From Polymyxa betae A26-41 (lineage: Eukaryota > Protista > Endomyxa: Phytomyxea), in contig RBZT01000623.1 of the NCBI GenBank assembly GCA_003693705.1, positions 124,001 through 188,000 on the forward strand: DNA of 64,000 nt, read 5' to 3'. Made by a program: the position numbers and the translations under genes. Below, in pieces: positions 61,368 to 64,000 of the stretch. Position 1 is the stretch's first letter. Every line of letters starts with the position of its first letter. The notes beneath the pieces were generated by a model that saw nothing but the letters and a program-made list of their open reading frames with translations, did not search any database and had not been told where the DNA came from.

Positions 61368-62112
61368 ATGGCAGTTCATCATCATCTGCATCCGTCAGAT
61401 CCAGATTTGAACGATAAAATCGTCGCCATAGGCAAAACTTCAGATGCTGTCGTGATCGAGGTCGAGATTGGCCAGCAATCTGGTGTGTCGATTTTGTCAG
61501 ATCTATATTCGGTCCTGTTGCATGGCGCCGGGCCTCTGACCAACGCCTGCATCTGTCTCCGTTCGAATTATAGTCAGGATAAAGTGCATGGCGTTGTGCT
61601 TGGAGGCACATTCGACCATTTGCATGTTGGTCATAAGCTATTGCTGGCCTGTGCTTTGTATTATGTTCAAGGCCAGACACCGGCTAAGATTGTAATCGGA
61701 CTGACAACCGATCAGTATCTGGCGTCCAAGAACAAGCAATGGTCGAACTATATCGAGTCATATCAGCAGAGAAAGGACCGGCTCGTGTCATTCATCAGAT
61801 CCATTGACGTTCGTGTAGAGATTCAGGTTGAACCGTTGCATGATTGTTATGGTCCTGCTTTGAACGCCGATCTGGACGCGATCGTGGTATCAGAAGAGAC
61901 AGCAGCAGGTGCTGAAGAAGTAAATAGAAGACGACTGGAATTAGGATTGCCAAAGCTACGAGTAATCGAGACGAAGGCGATTGGGTAATGCTGTGTCCGA
62001 AGTATGTTAACGCATCTGCTGATATATTGTAAGTTTATCAGGCATGGATAAGGTCAGTTCGACGTGGATACGAGAGCAACTACATCGTCGACAGGATAAG
62101 TCAGAAGCTTAA
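61368..62112 (+). CDS. Phosphopantetheine adenylyltransferase (Cab4/CoaD type)
   Basis: VLGGTFDHLHVGHK, DCYGP, AIVVSEET, VNRRR..GL..L and last exon KVSSTWIR. Confidence 0.9.
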
Positions 62113-62219
62113 GGGTTAAGAACGTTCCTCAAGGTTGTTCTTCATGTCTTAAATCATGAAGGTGCGCGGATAGATTTGGCCGATGCAACATATTCAAGCG
62201 TTTATCACATTCGAAAACC

Positions 62220-62901
62220 ATGATGCACCACCCGACGATCAAGTTTACGTATTTCGATAAGGTTGATAGGCCCGAGCCTATCCGTTTGGCGATGATGATG
62301 TCCGATATTCCCTTCGAAGATAATCGCATATCGCAGGAGCAATGGCGTTCGCTGAAAGACAAGACACCGTTCGGCTGCTTGCCCATTATGGAGGTCGACG
62401 GCCGCGTCTTCTCGCATTCGAACGCCTTGTTACGATATGTTGGGCATATCGGGTCATTGCTGCCAACTGATCCGCTCCAAGCGCTACAGGTGGATCAGAT
62501 TATTGGCGTGATCGATGATATTATCTTTGCTGTGAAGCCGATCCTCCATATTGATGATCGAAGTCGGAAAGTCGCCGAACTGAATCGTCTAGCTGACGAG
62601 TTTATTCCTCGTCTGTTCTCCGGCCTGGATCGCGTGCTTGGTCGCGGTTCCAAAGAGTTCTGTGTTGGGAGCCAGTATTCCATTGCCGACATTGCCTTAT
62701 TCAATCTCGTACATTGGTTTAAAACAGGTTAGATTGGTCTTTGTCGCATGAAAACGTGATCTCTCAATGTTGTACTTAGGCACAGTCGAGGGTATTTCTA
62801 GCAATATCGTCGACAAGTACGAGAATATCTGCCGGATCTATAACAAGGTCGCCCGTCATCAGAAAATCTCCCATTGGCTTGAAGAGCAGCGCACCCAATG
62901 A
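62220..62901 (+). CDS. Glutathione S-transferase (sigma-like)
   Basis: FTYFD..RPEPIRLA..PFGCLPIMEVDG..HSNALLRYVG..SIADI. Confidence 0.9.
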
Positions 62902-63104
62902 GCAACAACGGCACACGTTTGATGGTATAATACAGCGGAATGAACCATTTCAGAGATGGAGACAAAGATCTGCTGTAACATGATAATGGCTGTAACATTA
63001 CAACGTTGGTTGAATTACTGCGTATTGATGCCCTCCCTACATTATCTGTCTCTGCTGTCTGCTCAGTCTTCCACGACACTTTGACATCCACAGCCCAATT
63101 GATC

Positions 63105-64000
63105 ATGCCCTATGATCATGATCGGGCGTCTTCAGAATCATCGTCGAGGGCGGCCAGCTCCGCAACGCTACATGAAGCGTGCCAGGTCCAGGAGATCAGA
63201 TGCCACGCCTGTGGAGCCATCCAGCTGCATTCTCCAGTTCCTGTAGGGCAAATTGGTCAGTTGACAGCCAGTAAATCGAATATGGTTGCATAGCCCAGGA
63301 AACCTTGGAGAAGGATTCTTTACGAACGCCAAGACTACCCTGATAACTTCGTAGATGACACATTTCTCAGCTGTCTCATAACAAATGGTAATAAACCGCC
63401 CCTGTTTGCTGACAAAGCAGCCTTGAATGACACCACCTTTAGCTAATGTCAGAAATCCAACATTTTGGTCCTTGGTGTTCGATTCGCTTGCTATCACTCA
63501 GCAAGTGTCATTAACCGGCATATTTCTGTATGACTCCAGTACTATTCTCTGTTAATCACCGCTCATTGCTTGCAGGTCTGTTTTCTGGAGCGTTTTACGT
63601 GGTGCTGTTAGCACTACAGCTTTAGTTACAGTTGATGTTCTCCTTATTCTGTTTGGAGGGACCTTAAAATACTATTTGAATCGGGCACCGTCTTCTAACG
63701 TAGTCGATCTGGGTAATGCTTTTGCTTTATCGTATCTCCACAATGCAGCTTAGTTGTCATTAGCTGCAATGACCGGGAATATTCTAGATCTGCTGAAGTT
63801 TCTTGGTATCCTACTTGGATTATCTCCCGTCTTGATGACGTTGACTAGCGCCTATAGCAATGACACGATATGGGCGTTGAGTCTTGTGCTTTGCTCTCTA
63901 CATATATTTTTACATGATTATTCCTGGACCCAGCCTCTGAAAAATACGGCGTATGTCTTTTGTTAACCGATATCATCGTCGCTAAAGGCCTTTGTACTAG
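63105..64000 (+). CDS. PIGC: GPI-GlcNAc transferase subunit PIG-C/GPI2, truncated by the window end
   Basis: PWRRILYERQDYPDNFVD..FL, GLSPVLMTLTSAYSNDTIWAL and HIFLHDY. Confidence 0.9.

Overview
Gene-dense 64-kb stretch of a compact eukaryotic (protist-like) nuclear genome. It holds about 40 protein-coding genes on both strands, with mostly 45-55 nt GT-AG introns and intergenic gaps often under 300 bp. The compact layout, short introns and Dam1-like gene would fit a phytomyxid/rhizarian or similar protist, but that is only an inference. Recognisable genes: TBC Rab-GAP, Nudix/IF-2B-family fusion, eIF4G, FSH serine hydrolase, WBP11, EVE protein, HSF, membrin, FAB1/PIKfyve, LTO1, a P2C-like ATPase, RXT3, CHID1, EI24, GPX, alpha-SNAP, TPI, SAHH, Dam1-like, NAGLU, RPS12, PPAT, GST and PIG-C. 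The main anomaly is a gene-poor island at about 27.4-30.9 kb. It contains (i) two short non-coding elements nested one inside the other in opposite orientation, each ending in a stem-loop plus (AATCC)n tail and bounded by its own exact direct repeat (9 and 14 bp), the signature of small non-autonomous retroposons; and (ii) two diverged paralogues encoding signal-peptide multi-pass membrane proteins that share a block-wise conserved promoter. Other points of interest: telomere-like repeats in three consecutive eIF4G introns, a mitochondrial-type presequence on TPI, a P2C ATPase with PQGL in place of PEGL, and unusual domain architectures (pseudo-receiver+FAM227, p25alpha+Cys/His fingers). Spliced gene coordinates were assembled by eye and span first to last coding base; family calls come from recalled motifs, not database searches.
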